From IMG/VR virus record IMGVR_UViG_3300045988_171811: a stretch of DNA of 43,396 nucleotides; one strand, written 5' to 3'. This DNA is from a virus. The notes beneath the pieces were generated by a model, which was not told the origin of the DNA, ran no database searches, and worked only from the letters and a program-made list of their open reading frames with translations. Shown piece by piece: positions 25,465 to 34,860 of the stretch (positions are counted from its first letter, which is position 1; the number at the start of each line of letters is the position of its first letter). A program made the position numbers and the translations under genes.

Positions 25465-25785
25465 CTATTCCTCCGTCGCAATGAGCTCGTAAATGTCGAG
25501 ATTGTTATTGATGGCCATGCCTCGCACAATGCTAACGTTATCCACGGTGACGTGAATGACATTGACGTCCGAGTGTCCGTCGCTCACTGGGGCGACGATC
25601 AGGAAATTCCTGTCGACCAGTTCGCTGTCGTCGGATACGAGAATGTTTCTGATAGTGCCTGTCATGCGGCGTCGCACTAGGTGAATGTTCGAGCCGCCGT
25701 GTGTTCCTGTCTTCATGGCATCTACTTTATGTGTGTGGCGGTGGTGTACGCAACCCACGTGAGCGTGGCGCCTATCACATCTCAT
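25465..25785 (-). CDS. Hypothetical protein
   Basis: ATGA overlap with the helicase stop at 25782-25785. Internal ATGs at 25716 or further downstream are possible alternative starts. Confidence 0.45.
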   Translation of the reverse strand: MRCDRRHAHVGCVHHRHTHKVDAMKTGTHGGSNIHLVRRRMTGTIRNILVSDDSELVDRNFLIVAPVSDGHSDVNVIHVTVDNVSIVRGMAINNNLDIYELIATEE

Positions 25786-27176
25786 ATGAGGCCGCTCTCA
25801 CGCAGACGCTCATACCCCGCAGCCAGCCTGGGCTCCACAGCCGTCACGTCAACAGTACCCTCACACTGCAAAAGAAAACGATTCACTCGTTTTGTCTGCC
25901 CCTTACGATTCAAACGAGCAGACGCCTGCAAATTCAAAATCACACTATTATCCTCACTCAACCAAATCTCAGTGTTGCAAACATTCTGCAGACCGTCGAT
26001 CCCTTCAGCGGCGGCCGCAACGACAGCACAGAGAATCCTCGGCCCATCGGGCCCCAAAAACTGTCGCCACTCATCCCTGTAGTCACTGGACAATTCAACA
26101 CTTCGGTAGCCGGCGTCAGCCAGTCGTTTCCGCAATGGCGTCATGAATTTACGCGAGTGACACCACAGAATAACTTTCTCGTCCGGGGGTAGATCGGACA
26201 GAATATCAAGAGTGGCGTCGATCTTCGAGGATTCTCTCTCCTCGAACTCCACACTGTCACCCACGATCCTCAGCGGTCCTAGAGTGATCTGCCTGAGTCT
26301 CCCGTCTAGAACGGCGGCGGACGAGGCTACACTGGCGCCACCATCCATAACCGCCAACCGATGATCCACAAACTCCCAATACATTCTCTTCTGTTCGCGC
26401 CTCATCCCGCAGACGACGCGTTGAACATTTACGGGGGGTAGATCACCGAAAACCTCATTCCCCCGCATCGCAGACCAATTGTCACCCACAGAATCACGGA
26501 GAGCACCTGGGCACCTTTCGCCACCATAAATCCTGGCATATGGGGACGCCGCAAACGGATTGAACCGAGAGACAAAAAACTCATCAGCAAACCGGTAGAA
26601 ACTACGATCGACACTATCCGGGTTCAGGAATTTGAGTACCCCGTAAATATTGACAGGTTTATTGCCGGCAGGCGTGCCCGACAAACCAAGACGATACTTT
26701 GATTTCAATGCTTTCACGGCCCGGAAAGACTGAGTACGGTGATTCGCGATACGGTGCACCTCATCCACGACCACCATGTCGAACGATTTCTTTGAGAAAG
26801 AAACGGACGGCCACTTCCCCACGTCCACCGCCTTTCCCAGGGAAACCAATAGCTCGAAATTAATGACCCACCAACCTTCCTCGCCGTTCAACATGTCCTC
26901 AATGTTGGCGCGCCCCGCCTTAGTGGTACGAGACAGTACTCTCGCTTCCCGGCCGGTGATGATTTTGACGCTGGCCTGCCATGACGGAATGACGCGCTTC
27001 GGACACACAACAATGACTCGCCTGGCCGCGTTAAGTTTCTGTGTGACCCAGATGGCGCCGTATGTTTTGCCGCATCCCGGTTCCCACGCCAGCAAGGCAC
27101 CACCGCCGTCTCGAATCGCGGTGACGGTACGGTTGATTTCTCTTTCCTGCGCCCCAGTAGGCTTAATGTCAATCAT
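25782..27176 (-). CDS. SNF2-family helicase / DNA-dependent ATPase
   Basis: Walker A EPGCGKTYG, DEXH box VVVDEVHRI, LSGTP motif and a C-terminal helicase domain. The ORF is open to TTG 27194, but ATG 27176 is preferred. Confidence 0.8.
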   Translation of the reverse strand: MIDIKPTGAQEREINRTVTAIRDGGGALLAWEPGCGKTYGAIWVTQKLNAARRVIVVCPKRVIPSWQASVKIITGREARVLSRTTKAGRANIEDMLNGEEGWWVINFELLVSLGKAVDVGKWPSVSFSKKSFDMVVVDEVHRIANHRTQSFRAVKALKSKYRLGLSGTPAGNKPVNIYGVLKFLNPDSVDRSFYRFADEFFVSRFNPFAASPYARIYGGERCPGALRDSVGDNWSAMRGNEVFGDLPPVNVQRVVCGMRREQKRMYWEFVDHRLAVMDGGASVASSAAVLDGRLRQITLGPLRIVGDSVEFEERESSKIDATLDILSDLPPDEKVILWCHSRKFMTPLRKRLADAGYRSVELSSDYRDEWRQFLGPDGPRILCAVVAAAAEGIDGLQNVCNTEIWLSEDNSVILNLQASARLNRKGQTKRVNRFLLQCEGTVDVTAVEPRLAAGYERLRESGLI

Positions 27177-27260
27177 TGAAATTCGTCCAAACAATCACTA
27201 GCAGACAAACGGTGAGCGTGAACACCAGTAGGGTCACTTGTTTTTCCTCTTTTCTATACA

Positions 27261-27298
27261 ACGAACCCCACCCCATTGCTCGGTGGGGCGGGGTTCGT
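27261..27298 (-). terminator. Stem-loop between a small early gene and the SNF2 helicase
   Basis: 15-nt arms acgaaccccacccca / tggggcggggttcgt with one mismatch and an 8-nt loop. Confidence 0.45.
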
Positions 27299-27307
27299 CG
27301 TGTGTGG

Positions 27308-27520
27308 TCAGTGGGTGATGGCGTGACGCTTCACGGCGTCCCAGTAGGCGTCTTCGTCAACGTCCACCACATAGTAGGGGGTGCCGGTGGCGGAGAAGTA
27401 TTGTCCGATCACGTCATCGGCGATGGCGGCAACGTCATAGTCGTCCGCATTGTCGAGCGTGGGGATGATGCCGAACTCGACGACGTCGTTCCGGGTGCTG
27501 CGGCGAGTGGTGATGTCCAT
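27308..27520 (-). CDS. Small acidic hypothetical protein
   Basis: The start is set at ATG 27520 (RBS agagga-N4). Asp/Tyr-rich (DDYDVAAIADDVIGQYF). Confidence 0.5.
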   Translation of the reverse strand: MDITTRRSTRNDVVEFGIIPTLDNADDYDVAAIADDVIGQYFSATGTPYYVVDVDEDAYWDAVKRHAITH

Positions 27521-27619
27521 GATTTCCTCTTCTCTCTGTACTGTCACCGTCTCTCGGTGACGGCTCTAGTATAGGCAGACCGTGCACGCCCTCGTCACCC
27601 CACAGAAGCATGATCTGGC

Positions 27620-28519
27620 TCACATCTCCAGTTGGAGGAGAGACAGCGCCCTACCCACGGCCGCACTCACATCGCCACCGCACTCCAGCAACCGCATGCA
27701 ATCGAACCCCGTGTGCGCCCGGCCGTCTGCGAGCGGATCATCCGCATGATGCGAGTAGACCAGACCGCTGTCCAGCATCGTCACACCCGGGGCCGTGTCA
27801 CCGCCACGCGTATACCGCCAACGCCGACCCACCGACTCATACGGCCAACCAAACAAACTGACAAGATCATTAAACCCGTACTTTGAATTGAATTCCCCAA
27901 TCACCCCACCATAGCCGCCATCGGGCACAGAAGACAAAGAAACATCATCATTCCTCTCCTCATACCCGATATTCTCCAACCATTTATCAACATTCAAACG
28001 GGCACCGTCAACGAGCCAATGACGCACCCTCAACCCAAGACGATGCGACGGCAGGAAGAAAGCTCGGGACGCCTCAGCACACGACCCGTCCCACTGGGCC
28101 ACGGGCCCCAACACACTAAAACACGTCCGGCCGATCGCCTCACACTCCCCCGCGGTCATGCTGCGAGTGCACGGCAGGACAACACGGAAACGCGGGGACG
28201 GGAAAGATGACGACGCCGTCTCCCACACAATCCCGGCAAGATTCGCCACCTGCATACGATCCCCGACAAAATCTTCCCGCGACCCGTGGTCCGCGTCCAA
28301 AACAATAGCCGACCGGGACACAAAATTTCTCTTCTGCCGCCTCCCCCCCGAAAGAATGCCAGCAAAAAACGCTGGAGCATCATATTTCTCGCATTTCGAG
28401 GGCGCCTCACACAAGGATGCAAAATCGTTAAGATTAACGCTAGTGGCACGCCACCCCGTGATGGAGCGAACACTGCCCGCTACCATCACAGGGAAACGCA
28501 CCCCGAAAACATCACTCAC
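27620..28519 (-). CDS. Primase-polymerase-like protein (AEP / VirE-N-like)
   Basis: 299 aa. Has AIVLDADH (DxD metal motif), RFRVVLP and RAFFLPS. Sits immediately downstream of the DUF3987-type helicase, with an 8-nt overlap and a GTG start. Confidence 0.5.
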   Translation of the reverse strand: MSDVFGVRFPVMVAGSVRSITGWRATSVNLNDFASLCEAPSKCEKYDAPAFFAGILSGGRRQKRNFVSRSAIVLDADHGSREDFVGDRMQVANLAGIVWETASSSFPSPRFRVVLPCTRSMTAGECEAIGRTCFSVLGPVAQWDGSCAEASRAFFLPSHRLGLRVRHWLVDGARLNVDKWLENIGYEERNDDVSLSSVPDGGYGGVIGEFNSKYGFNDLVSLFGWPYESVGRRWRYTRGGDTAPGVTMLDSGLVYSHHADDPLADGRAHTGFDCMRLLECGGDVSAAVGRALSLLQLEM

Positions 28520-30083
28520 TGTACGACGGTTCCGCTATCTGATCCCGCAGAATCGCCTCCACGAGATCATTATCCACAATCGCACCTTCCGTCCTAAACT
28601 TCACGCCCCGACGAAGAATATACTGCCGATACTCCTCCACGCTCCGCGGAGACAGATTCTTCGCTTCCAGCACCTGATAAAGGCGCGTCTCAGTCGGCGG
28701 ATTACTACTGAAATCATCCACCATACGCGTCAAATCCGGAACGAAAACATAGTCGATCATTTTCAACGCGTCAGGAAGCCAGAAATCAGCGGCCAGGCTG
28801 AAAGCTTTCCTCACCGCGGACGATGACACGCTCATCTGCTGCTCGAAAAGAGACAGAATAGCGGCAACACGCATAATATGATTCCCCATACGGTCAATGA
28901 CCGCCTGCACTGCACGCTGGAAAGGCGACTCGCGGGCCGCCTCCCTACCCCAAGCTCGCATTGTCTCCACCCAAACATTCCGGGCAGACTCGGTCACGGT
29001 CATAACCATTGGCGTATTGACAGGCCAAAACTCAGTGGCACAAGTGACAGTACCACGGAATTCATGTTGCATCATACCCAACATTGTTGAAATGCGCTCG
29101 GAAGCACGCTCAACAAAACCATCACTACCATGCGCGTTCCGGTCGTTATCAGTGACCCACACGAAAGACGACGGGTCAGACCGGCGATCCTCCTCGTCCA
29201 ACGCGAAAAGAATGCGCGGACCCCACCCTGTCTCGAACAAAGACTGAGACATGTTATCGACTACGTCGCCGAGAATACCGGTACCGCAGAAAGCAAGAAA
29301 ATGAGGAACCCTCTCGCTATCCGCACGCCTCACACCGTCGTCACCGACACGCACGGACTCAACAGTTTTACCCGAGTAGACGTCGGTCAAGAATCCGATG
29401 AGCCCGCTACGATAACCCTCACCCTGTGACGCAGAATACATGTTCTGCAGTTCGTCTACAAACATAATAGACGCCCCGCCAGGCCGCTGCGCCATCCGAA
29501 GATTCAAACCTTCAGCCGTCACATTCGACCCGAACAAAACATTCGCCATAAGAGACCGCTCGCACGGACTATTACCGATACTGTTCAGCAAATCTTTACG
29601 ATCGGCCTCGAACTCGACGATACGATTATTGATATCGTCCCGCTCCGTCCGGTACTCGTCAATATCAATACGCCCACTTCTCTTTTCCAGGGATTCCAGG
29701 CGACGATGCAGCATGTGGAGTGCTGAATCCACCTCCTGCACAGCCGCCAAAGGCGTTGACGAATCCCACCTGAACGCGCCCACACAGTCGTCGAAAAAAC
29801 TACGCACCAAAGACTGAGCCGTCGTCTTCCTCGACAAAGTAGAAGCACCCAGACAGTGCGAGTACAAGGTCAACGGCACCACATTCTGCGCGTTCGCAGA
29901 CAGGTGAGTCCTCGCAGACAACGGGGCAGACACCATCGTCAAGAAAGTCGTCCACAAAAACCGGGGAGGCGTCTCCGGCGACCTGGACTGCAAATAGTCA
30001 ATGATCCTGTCAGCGAACCAATCATAATGCACGCCCCCATCCGGGGACGCGAACCCGTAATCCGTAATCCTCTCAACACTCAA
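28512..30083 (-). CDS. DNA helicase, DUF3987 / D5-like P-loop NTPase
   Basis: 523 aa. P-loop-like GASTLSRKTT and Walker B IMFVDELQN. Paired with the PrimPol-like gene. Confidence 0.55.
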   Translation of the reverse strand: MSVERITDYGFASPDGGVHYDWFADRIIDYLQSRSPETPPRFLWTTFLTMVSAPLSARTHLSANAQNVVPLTLYSHCLGASTLSRKTTAQSLVRSFFDDCVGAFRWDSSTPLAAVQEVDSALHMLHRRLESLEKRSGRIDIDEYRTERDDINNRIVEFEADRKDLLNSIGNSPCERSLMANVLFGSNVTAEGLNLRMAQRPGGASIMFVDELQNMYSASQGEGYRSGLIGFLTDVYSGKTVESVRVGDDGVRRADSERVPHFLAFCGTGILGDVVDNMSQSLFETGWGPRILFALDEEDRRSDPSSFVWVTDNDRNAHGSDGFVERASERISTMLGMMQHEFRGTVTCATEFWPVNTPMVMTVTESARNVWVETMRAWGREAARESPFQRAVQAVIDRMGNHIMRVAAILSLFEQQMSVSSSAVRKAFSLAADFWLPDALKMIDYVFVPDLTRMVDDFSSNPPTETRLYQVLEAKNLSPRSVEEYRQYILRRGVKFRTEGAIVDNDLVEAILRDQIAEPSYSE

Positions 30084-30394
30084 TTGTTCTCCTCCTCCAC
30101 ATGAGCGAGAAAACTATTGAAAGCTTCAAGAATCTCATCGCCGTCGAACGTGTAGCCGACATCAAACATAGGGCCCCAGTAATGGTTCGTCTGCTCGAAA
30201 ATCGCCGCCTTGTAACCGCGAACAGTATCCGCTTCGAAAATAAACCGGTGCCCCAGCGATGCGACGACAATGTGGATGCTGTTATTCCAGGCGCTTACTT
30301 CCAGGCCGAACGAATCATTCCCACCCTTGCTGGCGTAATTCTTGCACGCCTCAGTAACATGCTTCAGGAACTCCCAGTCGAATACCTTAATCAT
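30080..30394 (-). CDS. Hypothetical protein
   Basis: The start is set at ATG 30394, which forms an ATGA overlap with the upstream stop. The longer ORF has a Gly/Arg/Asn low-complexity N-terminus. Confidence 0.5.
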   Translation of the reverse strand: MIKVFDWEFLKHVTEACKNYASKGGNDSFGLEVSAWNNSIHIVVASLGHRFIFEADTVRGYKAAIFEQTNHYWGPMFDVGYTFDGDEILEAFNSFLAHVEEENN

Positions 30395-30699
30395 TTGTCC
30401 TCCCACAGTTTTGTCTCGATTTCGCCGAGCAGCTCCTGAAGCTCCCACGCCCCGTCCCCCTTCACTGTTGTTATTGTTTCGTCCATGTCGACGTCTCGAA
30501 CACTCACCGAATACTCGACCCCCAGAATATTGAGAGTGCACCCGTACCGTTTCCCGGTGACGTCCAAGTAGAGGACGGGCAGATCACTGTCCACTATGGC
30601 ATCCTCACCCGTATCCAATAGGATGGACTCGCAGCACGGGTCATTGAGCATTTCTGCCACGAATTGGGTCACGACAGGGCGCAACTCGCCGTCAATCAT
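30391..30699 (-). CDS. Hypothetical acidic protein
   Basis: 102 aa, overlap-coupled to both neighbours. Confidence 0.5.
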   Translation of the reverse strand: MIDGELRPVVTQFVAEMLNDPCCESILLDTGEDAIVDSDLPVLYLDVTGKRYGCTLNILGVEYSVSVRDVDMDETITTVKGDGAWELQELLGEIETKLWEDK

Positions 30700-31031
30700 G
30701 ACTCCCGCCTTTCCACCATGCCAGCCAACTCTTCGAAGCGATTCACAGCACTGACAATCATGCCCCGGTCAGCGTTGCGCTCGTCCAAGAGGACATGGTT
30801 CGACAGTTGAATGACGCGAACCCGCCACTCATCATCTTTCGTAACAACAATCCTGAAGACAGTCCTATCGTCAGGATTCCTGGCCGTCGCCTTGAACAGA
30901 ACCCCGAAAAGACGGCCACCTTCATTATTGCCATGCAAAGCGGTGATCGAACACTGGGGCCATTGGGCGAAATCGCCAACGCAACTGGCGAGATAAGCGA
31001 ATACCACCTTGTCGATACTGGAGTCACTCAT
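30696..31031 (-). CDS. Hypothetical protein
   Basis: The start is set at ATG 31031 (MSDSSIDKVV...), overlapping the upstream stop by 8 nt. The longer ORF to 31292 overlaps the better 31024..31305 gene. Confidence 0.5.
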   Translation of the reverse strand: MSDSSIDKVVFAYLASCVGDFAQWPQCSITALHGNNEGGRLFGVLFKATARNPDDRTVFRIVVTKDDEWRVRVIQLSNHVLLDERNADRGMIVSAVNRFEELAGMVERRES

Positions 31032-31305
31032 TGCCAGCCGCCTTCCCGCGGCTCGCCGCGACAGCCAAAGCGCGGCGGACGAACTCACCAACGCTCTCCA
31101 CTGGAATCGCGACGCCCTTCCGCTTAATAGATCTCGCCCGCACCGTGTTACCGGCGACCACAATACGGCAAGTGCTGCCGATAGTGACGATTCCGCCGTC
31201 GTAAACCTTGCGGGCAGGCGCATGCACGTTGAACTCATGACGGCGCCCGTCATCATTCCACTCACGGACCGCCTGAGCGATAACCGTTCCAAAAACTGTA
31301 CCCAT
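31024..31305 (-). CDS. Hypothetical protein
   Basis: 93 aa. RBS gggaagagaaaag upstream. A candidate internal promoter lies just upstream. Confidence 0.5.
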   Translation of the reverse strand: MGTVFGTVIAQAVREWNDDGRRHEFNVHAPARKVYDGGIVTIGSTCRIVVAGNTVRARSIKRKGVAIPVESVGEFVRRALAVAASRGKAAGNE

Positions 31306-31370
31306 AGTAATGCTTTTCTCTTCCCTATGATGTGATGGATGCTACTATTTACTGTTGAAGGGCGCGGGGG

Positions 31371-31862
31371 TTAAATGTCGGAGCCGATCACCTCCTCCGC
31401 GGGCACATCTACCAGATCGCACAGATCAGCCAACGCGTCCCTGGCGTCAGACAAGGCGCACTCATATTCTGCCGAACACCTGTCACTGTCCCGCATTTCC
31501 TCCAAACAAAGAATGAAATCATTCACCAGACGGGCTCCCTCCTCTTTCCTCTCGCAACGCTTGACATGCTTGCAAATCCACCTGGCCGCAACGGCCGTAT
31601 TCTCACCCACGGTAGAAATCTTCCGCCACCAAGCATCCACTGCCGTGCTCTTCGGACTGAAATACCAGACCGTCGGCCTACCATTATCAAACATGTACGT
31701 TTCAATAACACCAGCCTTAGTATCCCAGATCGCGACAATAAAACCATCATTATCGTGATGGTAGGAAGTGGCGGGCGGCATATTCTCCCGAATAAACCCC
31801 ATCTCAACGTCAGGATCGGTCACACCCTCATCGTTGGGGCCATCATATTCAAACCAAAGCAC
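31371..31862 (-). CDS. Hypothetical protein
   Basis: The start is set at GTG 31862 after ggaagagaggaagagag. The longer ORF to 32195 overlaps the upstream gene extensively. Confidence 0.45.
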   Translation of the reverse strand: MLWFEYDGPNDEGVTDPDVEMGFIRENMPPATSYHHDNDGFIVAIWDTKAGVIETYMFDNGRPTVWYFSPKSTAVDAWWRKISTVGENTAVAARWICKHVKRCERKEEGARLVNDFILCLEEMRDSDRCSAEYECALSDARDALADLCDLVDVPAEEVIGSDI

Positions 31863-31899
31863 TACTCTCTTCCTCTCTTCCCCTGAAATTGCAACAGTG

Positions 31900-32817
31900 T
31901 CAGACGACCCTACTGTCAGGAATCTCCCGGATCCGATCACAGAACCAGCCCCACGCCTCCTCCACGGCGTCCGACCGGACAGGAAAATCCAAGCTGCCAG
32001 GAGCAAGCTCGACACCGCTCCTACCCGCGCCCACAGTAATCTGCCCAATAATCTCACCATTGAAATAGGCGACCATGAGAGAATCCCCCGCCATTGCAAG
32101 AGTGATACCACAGGCGTGCGCCGCCGAAGCAAGACCATCCATGACCGAGGCGCCCACAACAAGACGGTCGAACATTTCCTGCACCCGATCCGCAACGTCC
32201 TCAGTGCGGATCACACCAATATTGGCCTCCCACTGGAGAGTCTCAACATTGTCCACGGTCAACGCAGCCTCACCGGAAACGAACGTCATCTCGCCCATCG
32301 GTGCCGCGTAAATGTGGAACCGCGTTGAATGTGTGAGCGGCCTCGCCACCCTTACCCCAATAGCATCACCAACGGGAGTGCGGGAACGCTCAATAACAGG
32401 ATCATGGGTGAGATCATCCACAAAACGGTCCCAGATGGTCCTCTTCGACACGCCCTCCCCGACGAGCGGGTCCACGTCCAGCTCGACGCCGCTTCGCCTC
32501 ATAGCAACCATCATGGTGCCAATCGCCGCCCCGCCGGACGACACTACCAGAGCCGAAAACTCATCCTCGTCAACATGGAGGCCGTGCTCATCTGCCAGGG
32601 TAAGAATGCGATCGTAAATCCTCGCCACGGCCACCATGGAAGCCAGCCCCTCACTGGCGGAACGGCGGTTGTTCGGAAAATCGGGGAAGTAGGCGGGGAT
32701 AAGGCGATCGGACAGGAGAATGTCCTCCCCGTCCATTATCTGCGTTGTGCCGTCCGACCAAATACCCCGCGACCAATTCGTGACGTCAATGATGAAATGC
32801 GCGTCATAAAACATCAT
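31900..32817 (-). CDS. Hypothetical protein (305 aa)
   Basis: The start is set at ATG 32817 after gaagggaagagag. The ORF is open to 32859. There may be an internal duplication (RRSGVELDVDP versus GRSGVELAPGS). Confidence 0.5.
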   Translation of the reverse strand: MMFYDAHFIIDVTNWSRGIWSDGTTQIMDGEDILLSDRLIPAYFPDFPNNRRSASEGLASMVAVARIYDRILTLADEHGLHVDEDEFSALVVSSGGAAIGTMMVAMRRSGVELDVDPLVGEGVSKRTIWDRFVDDLTHDPVIERSRTPVGDAIGVRVARPLTHSTRFHIYAAPMGEMTFVSGEAALTVDNVETLQWEANIGVIRTEDVADRVQEMFDRLVVGASVMDGLASAAHACGITLAMAGDSLMVAYFNGEIIGQITVGAGRSGVELAPGSLDFPVRSDAVEEAWGWFCDRIREIPDSRVV

Positions 32818-32865
32818 GCACTCTCTTCCCTTCTTCAATGTTTGTGTTGTAAGAATCATGGAAGG

Positions 32866-33048
32866 CTACCGCACTCCCAGCGTCCCCCATAGGACCCAGA
32901 TAGCCGCCGCGACGCCGAGCGTCCCGACAATGGCGAAACACGACGCCGTAAGGTAGACGATGGTGGCGAGGATGATTTCGCTGCTGCGCTTCAAAGGGCG
33001 GCGGGGGGCGGCGTTGGTGCGCTTCGGTGCCGCATGCCTCATGGTCAT
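32866..33048 (-). CDS. Small membrane protein
   Basis: The start is set at ATG 33048 (RBS agaggaaa-N4). Has a basic N-terminus and then a TM segment (IILATIVYLTASCFAIVGTLGVAAAIWVLW). Confidence 0.5.
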   Translation of the reverse strand: MTMRHAAPKRTNAAPRRPLKRSSEIILATIVYLTASCFAIVGTLGVAAAIWVLWGTLGVR

Positions 33049-33254
33049 GATGTTTCCTCTTTCCATGTGATTGTCTTGGCTGTGTTGCGGGCTGCTGTCT
33101 TGCTCCCGACGCCATTAACTCTAGGCGCCCGACGCTCGCCCTGTCCACCCCACCTGGGTGGGACATACGTCACAATTCCGAGGTGTTGGTCCACGACGTC
33201 GTCAGCCCACCACCCCCGGAACACCGTGAAGGGCGGACGGACGGGGGGGGGCAT
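33045..33254 (-). CDS. Possible small protein (69 aa)
   Basis: ATG 33254 is preceded by ggaggg-N9. The stop overlaps the next gene's start (ATGA). Pro/Trp/Arg-rich, so the coding status is uncertain. Confidence 0.3.
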   Translation of the reverse strand: MPPPVRPPFTVFRGWWADDVVDQHLGIVTYVPPRWGGQGERRAPRVNGVGSKTAARNTAKTITWKEETS

Positions 33255-33357
33255 GCGGTTGTGCCCTCCATCCCGTGCGATCACGAAACGGAGGACACGA
33301 TGCCCGCCCTACAGAGATGGGGGGTGATATGTCATTGTTGACCTCTATCACACCGTC

Positions 33358-33795
33358 TCATATGACGTCAATACCACTCTCCTCCAGCACACCCCCAATC
33401 TCTTCAACATTATCCACATTCACGCCGGCAACACTGATACCGCAGTCGATATCGCCGTCACTGTGCTCAATGACCTCAAGCTCAAGCGTGACACGGTCCA
33501 AGCCAAAGACGATTTGCCTACCCAATAGTGCGACGGGGCGCACGTCCACGTATCCGGTAGTACGGAGAATGTCGAGGGCGCGGAACATCAGGTTAGCGCC
33601 GCGCCCGACATTGGCGAGCAGTGTCGTCAAATATTCGGGCGTCTCTCTTTTGTCGGCGACGCTTACCATGTAGTTTGTGCCGTCCATGTGCTCGATCATA
33701 ATTGCGAGCCGGGCCGGCATGTCGTCTGACGGGTCCGTGGCCCGGCGCAGGTCCATGTGTCGGACGAGCATCCCCTCGTCTAGCGTGTTGCCCAT
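33358..33795 (-). CDS. Hypothetical protein, first gene of the leftward early operon
   Basis: The start is set at ATG 33795 (RBS gaagagaggg upstream). GTG 33804 is an alternative start. Confidence 0.5.
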   Translation of the reverse strand: MGNTLDEGMLVRHMDLRRATDPSDDMPARLAIMIEHMDGTNYMVSVADKRETPEYLTTLLANVGRGANLMFRALDILRTTGYVDVRPVALLGRQIVFGLDRVTLELEVIEHSDGDIDCGISVAGVNVDNVEEIGGVLEESGIDVI

Positions 33796-33844
33796 TATGT
33801 CCACCCTCTCTTCGTGTGCCGGCCTTCGTCGGCGTGGTGTGTCT

Positions 33845-33874
33845 ACTATAGAAGGGCGGCGGGGGTGCCATCAA
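33845..33874 (-). promoter_or_regulatory. Candidate leftward early promoter
   Basis: On the minus strand: TTGATG (33874-33869), an 18-nt spacer, then TATAGT (33850-45). The -10 is about 50 nt upstream of the first leftward gene. Confidence 0.4.
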
Positions 33875-33961
33875 CACCCAACGTGTGTGACTTGTGTCTC
33901 AGTAGACTCTGGGAGCTCCCGTGGACTTGCACTACTGCCCCATCCGTGTCACCGCAGGGGC

Positions 33962-34204
33962 ATGGATACCTCAACTACTCCGCGCATCTCACCCGCCCTC
34001 GAGCCAGAGACCATGATGACTCTCATGCTCCGCTACGTCGAAGACCACGAGGAGGTCGCATACCAGTACGCCCGTACGCTGGTGGGTGCTTTCGCCGCCG
34101 ACCCGTACATCCCGGACGCCCTCCAGTTGACACACGACCTCATCACCGAGTCCGTGGATGACATTCGGAACTTCGAGGGGGAGGGGGGAGGCGAGCCGAA
34201 TTAA
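33962..34204 (+). CDS. Small acidic hypothetical protein (rightward early)
   Basis: ATG 33962 lies within the longer track ORF. ATG 34013 (MMTLMLRYVEDHEE...) is an alternative start. Both have weak RBSs. Confidence 0.4.
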   Translation: MDTSTTPRISPALEPETMMTLMLRYVEDHEEVAYQYARTLVGAFAADPYIPDALQLTHDLITESVDDIRNFEGEGGGEPN

Positions 34205-34386
34205 CGTTGCTCTGCGGCGGCTGACCAACCGCGTCGAGGCTGAGCTGGGCGACTGAGCCACCCACCCCAACCCCTCCTGCACACAATGTGACAGAGAACA
34301 CTCCCCCAAGGTCTTGGCTAGCACAAGGCCCTGGGGGCATTCTTACACCAACAGAACAGCCCAACCGGCCAGGGAGAAAAGAGAAA

Positions 34387-34731
34387 ATGAACCCCGCCAT
34401 CTATCGCACTGAGGACCCGACCCTCGAGACCGTCGAGTTCGGCACCATCTACCGGATCCGCGCTCCTCGCACCGGCGAACCCTGGAGCCTGTACAGGGTT
34501 TTCGACGACTGCGGTGTCGGCACCATTGAGCCGCTGGACGTCCCCGACGGATGGGACGACGCCTACGAGTACCCGATGGGCGACACTGATATGTGGGCTC
34601 GTCTTACTCGTCTCGCTATGGACGCTCATCTCGCTCACGCGATACTTGAGGTCGCCATCGTCCCCGTCGACGACGATGAGGCGGATGCTGGCTCGCGCGC
34701 TCTGCTGTACCGCTTCACCTGGCCCTACTGA
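34387..34731 (+). CDS. Hypothetical protein (rightward early)
   Basis: The start is set at ATG 34387 after gggagaaaagagaaa. 114 aa, acidic. Confidence 0.55.
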   Translation: MNPAIYRTEDPTLETVEFGTIYRIRAPRTGEPWSLYRVFDDCGVGTIEPLDVPDGWDDAYEYPMGDTDMWARLTRLAMDAHLAHAILEVAIVPVDDDEADAGSRALLYRFTWPY

Positions 34732-34751
34732 CCCGACCGCCCGAGAACGAC

Positions 34752-34785
34752 GAGGCCCCACCCTCCATGACGATGGTGGGGCCTC
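34752..34785 (+). terminator. Terminator hairpin after the rightward early genes
   Basis: 11-nt arms gaggccccacc / ggtggggcctc with a 12-nt loop. Confidence 0.5.
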
Positions 34786-34860
34786 AGTGCGTCTGCTGTA
34801 GAAGGGCGGTGTGCGATGGGGTGTGTGGTGCCGGCCGCCATGACTCTGACGTCTCACAGT

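Noticed and set aside
28158-28826. A 222-aa + strand ORF, with similar + strand ORFs (25701..26192, 26776..27201, 29440..29817), inside the minus-strand replication genes. Also the 245-aa minus-strand ORF 9072..9809 inside the tail genes.
   Set aside because: They are antisense shadows of well-supported genes with recognisable helicase, primase or tail motifs. Their composition is biased and they have no RBS.
31032-32195. The N-terminal extensions of track ORFs 30696..31292 and 31371..32195. The same applies to 30080..30541 and 17168..17632.
   Set aside because: Each extension overlaps a better upstream gene in another frame and has Arg/Ser/Leu/Trp-rich, implausible sequence. The internal starts have ATGA/GTGA coupling or strong purine-rich RBSs.
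33841-33859. The resemblance of tctACTATAGAAGGG to the T7-class promoter core (cACTATAGGGAGA).
   Set aside because: No single-subunit phage RNA polymerase gene is present. The minus-strand TATAGT with a TTGATG -35 is a simpler reading.
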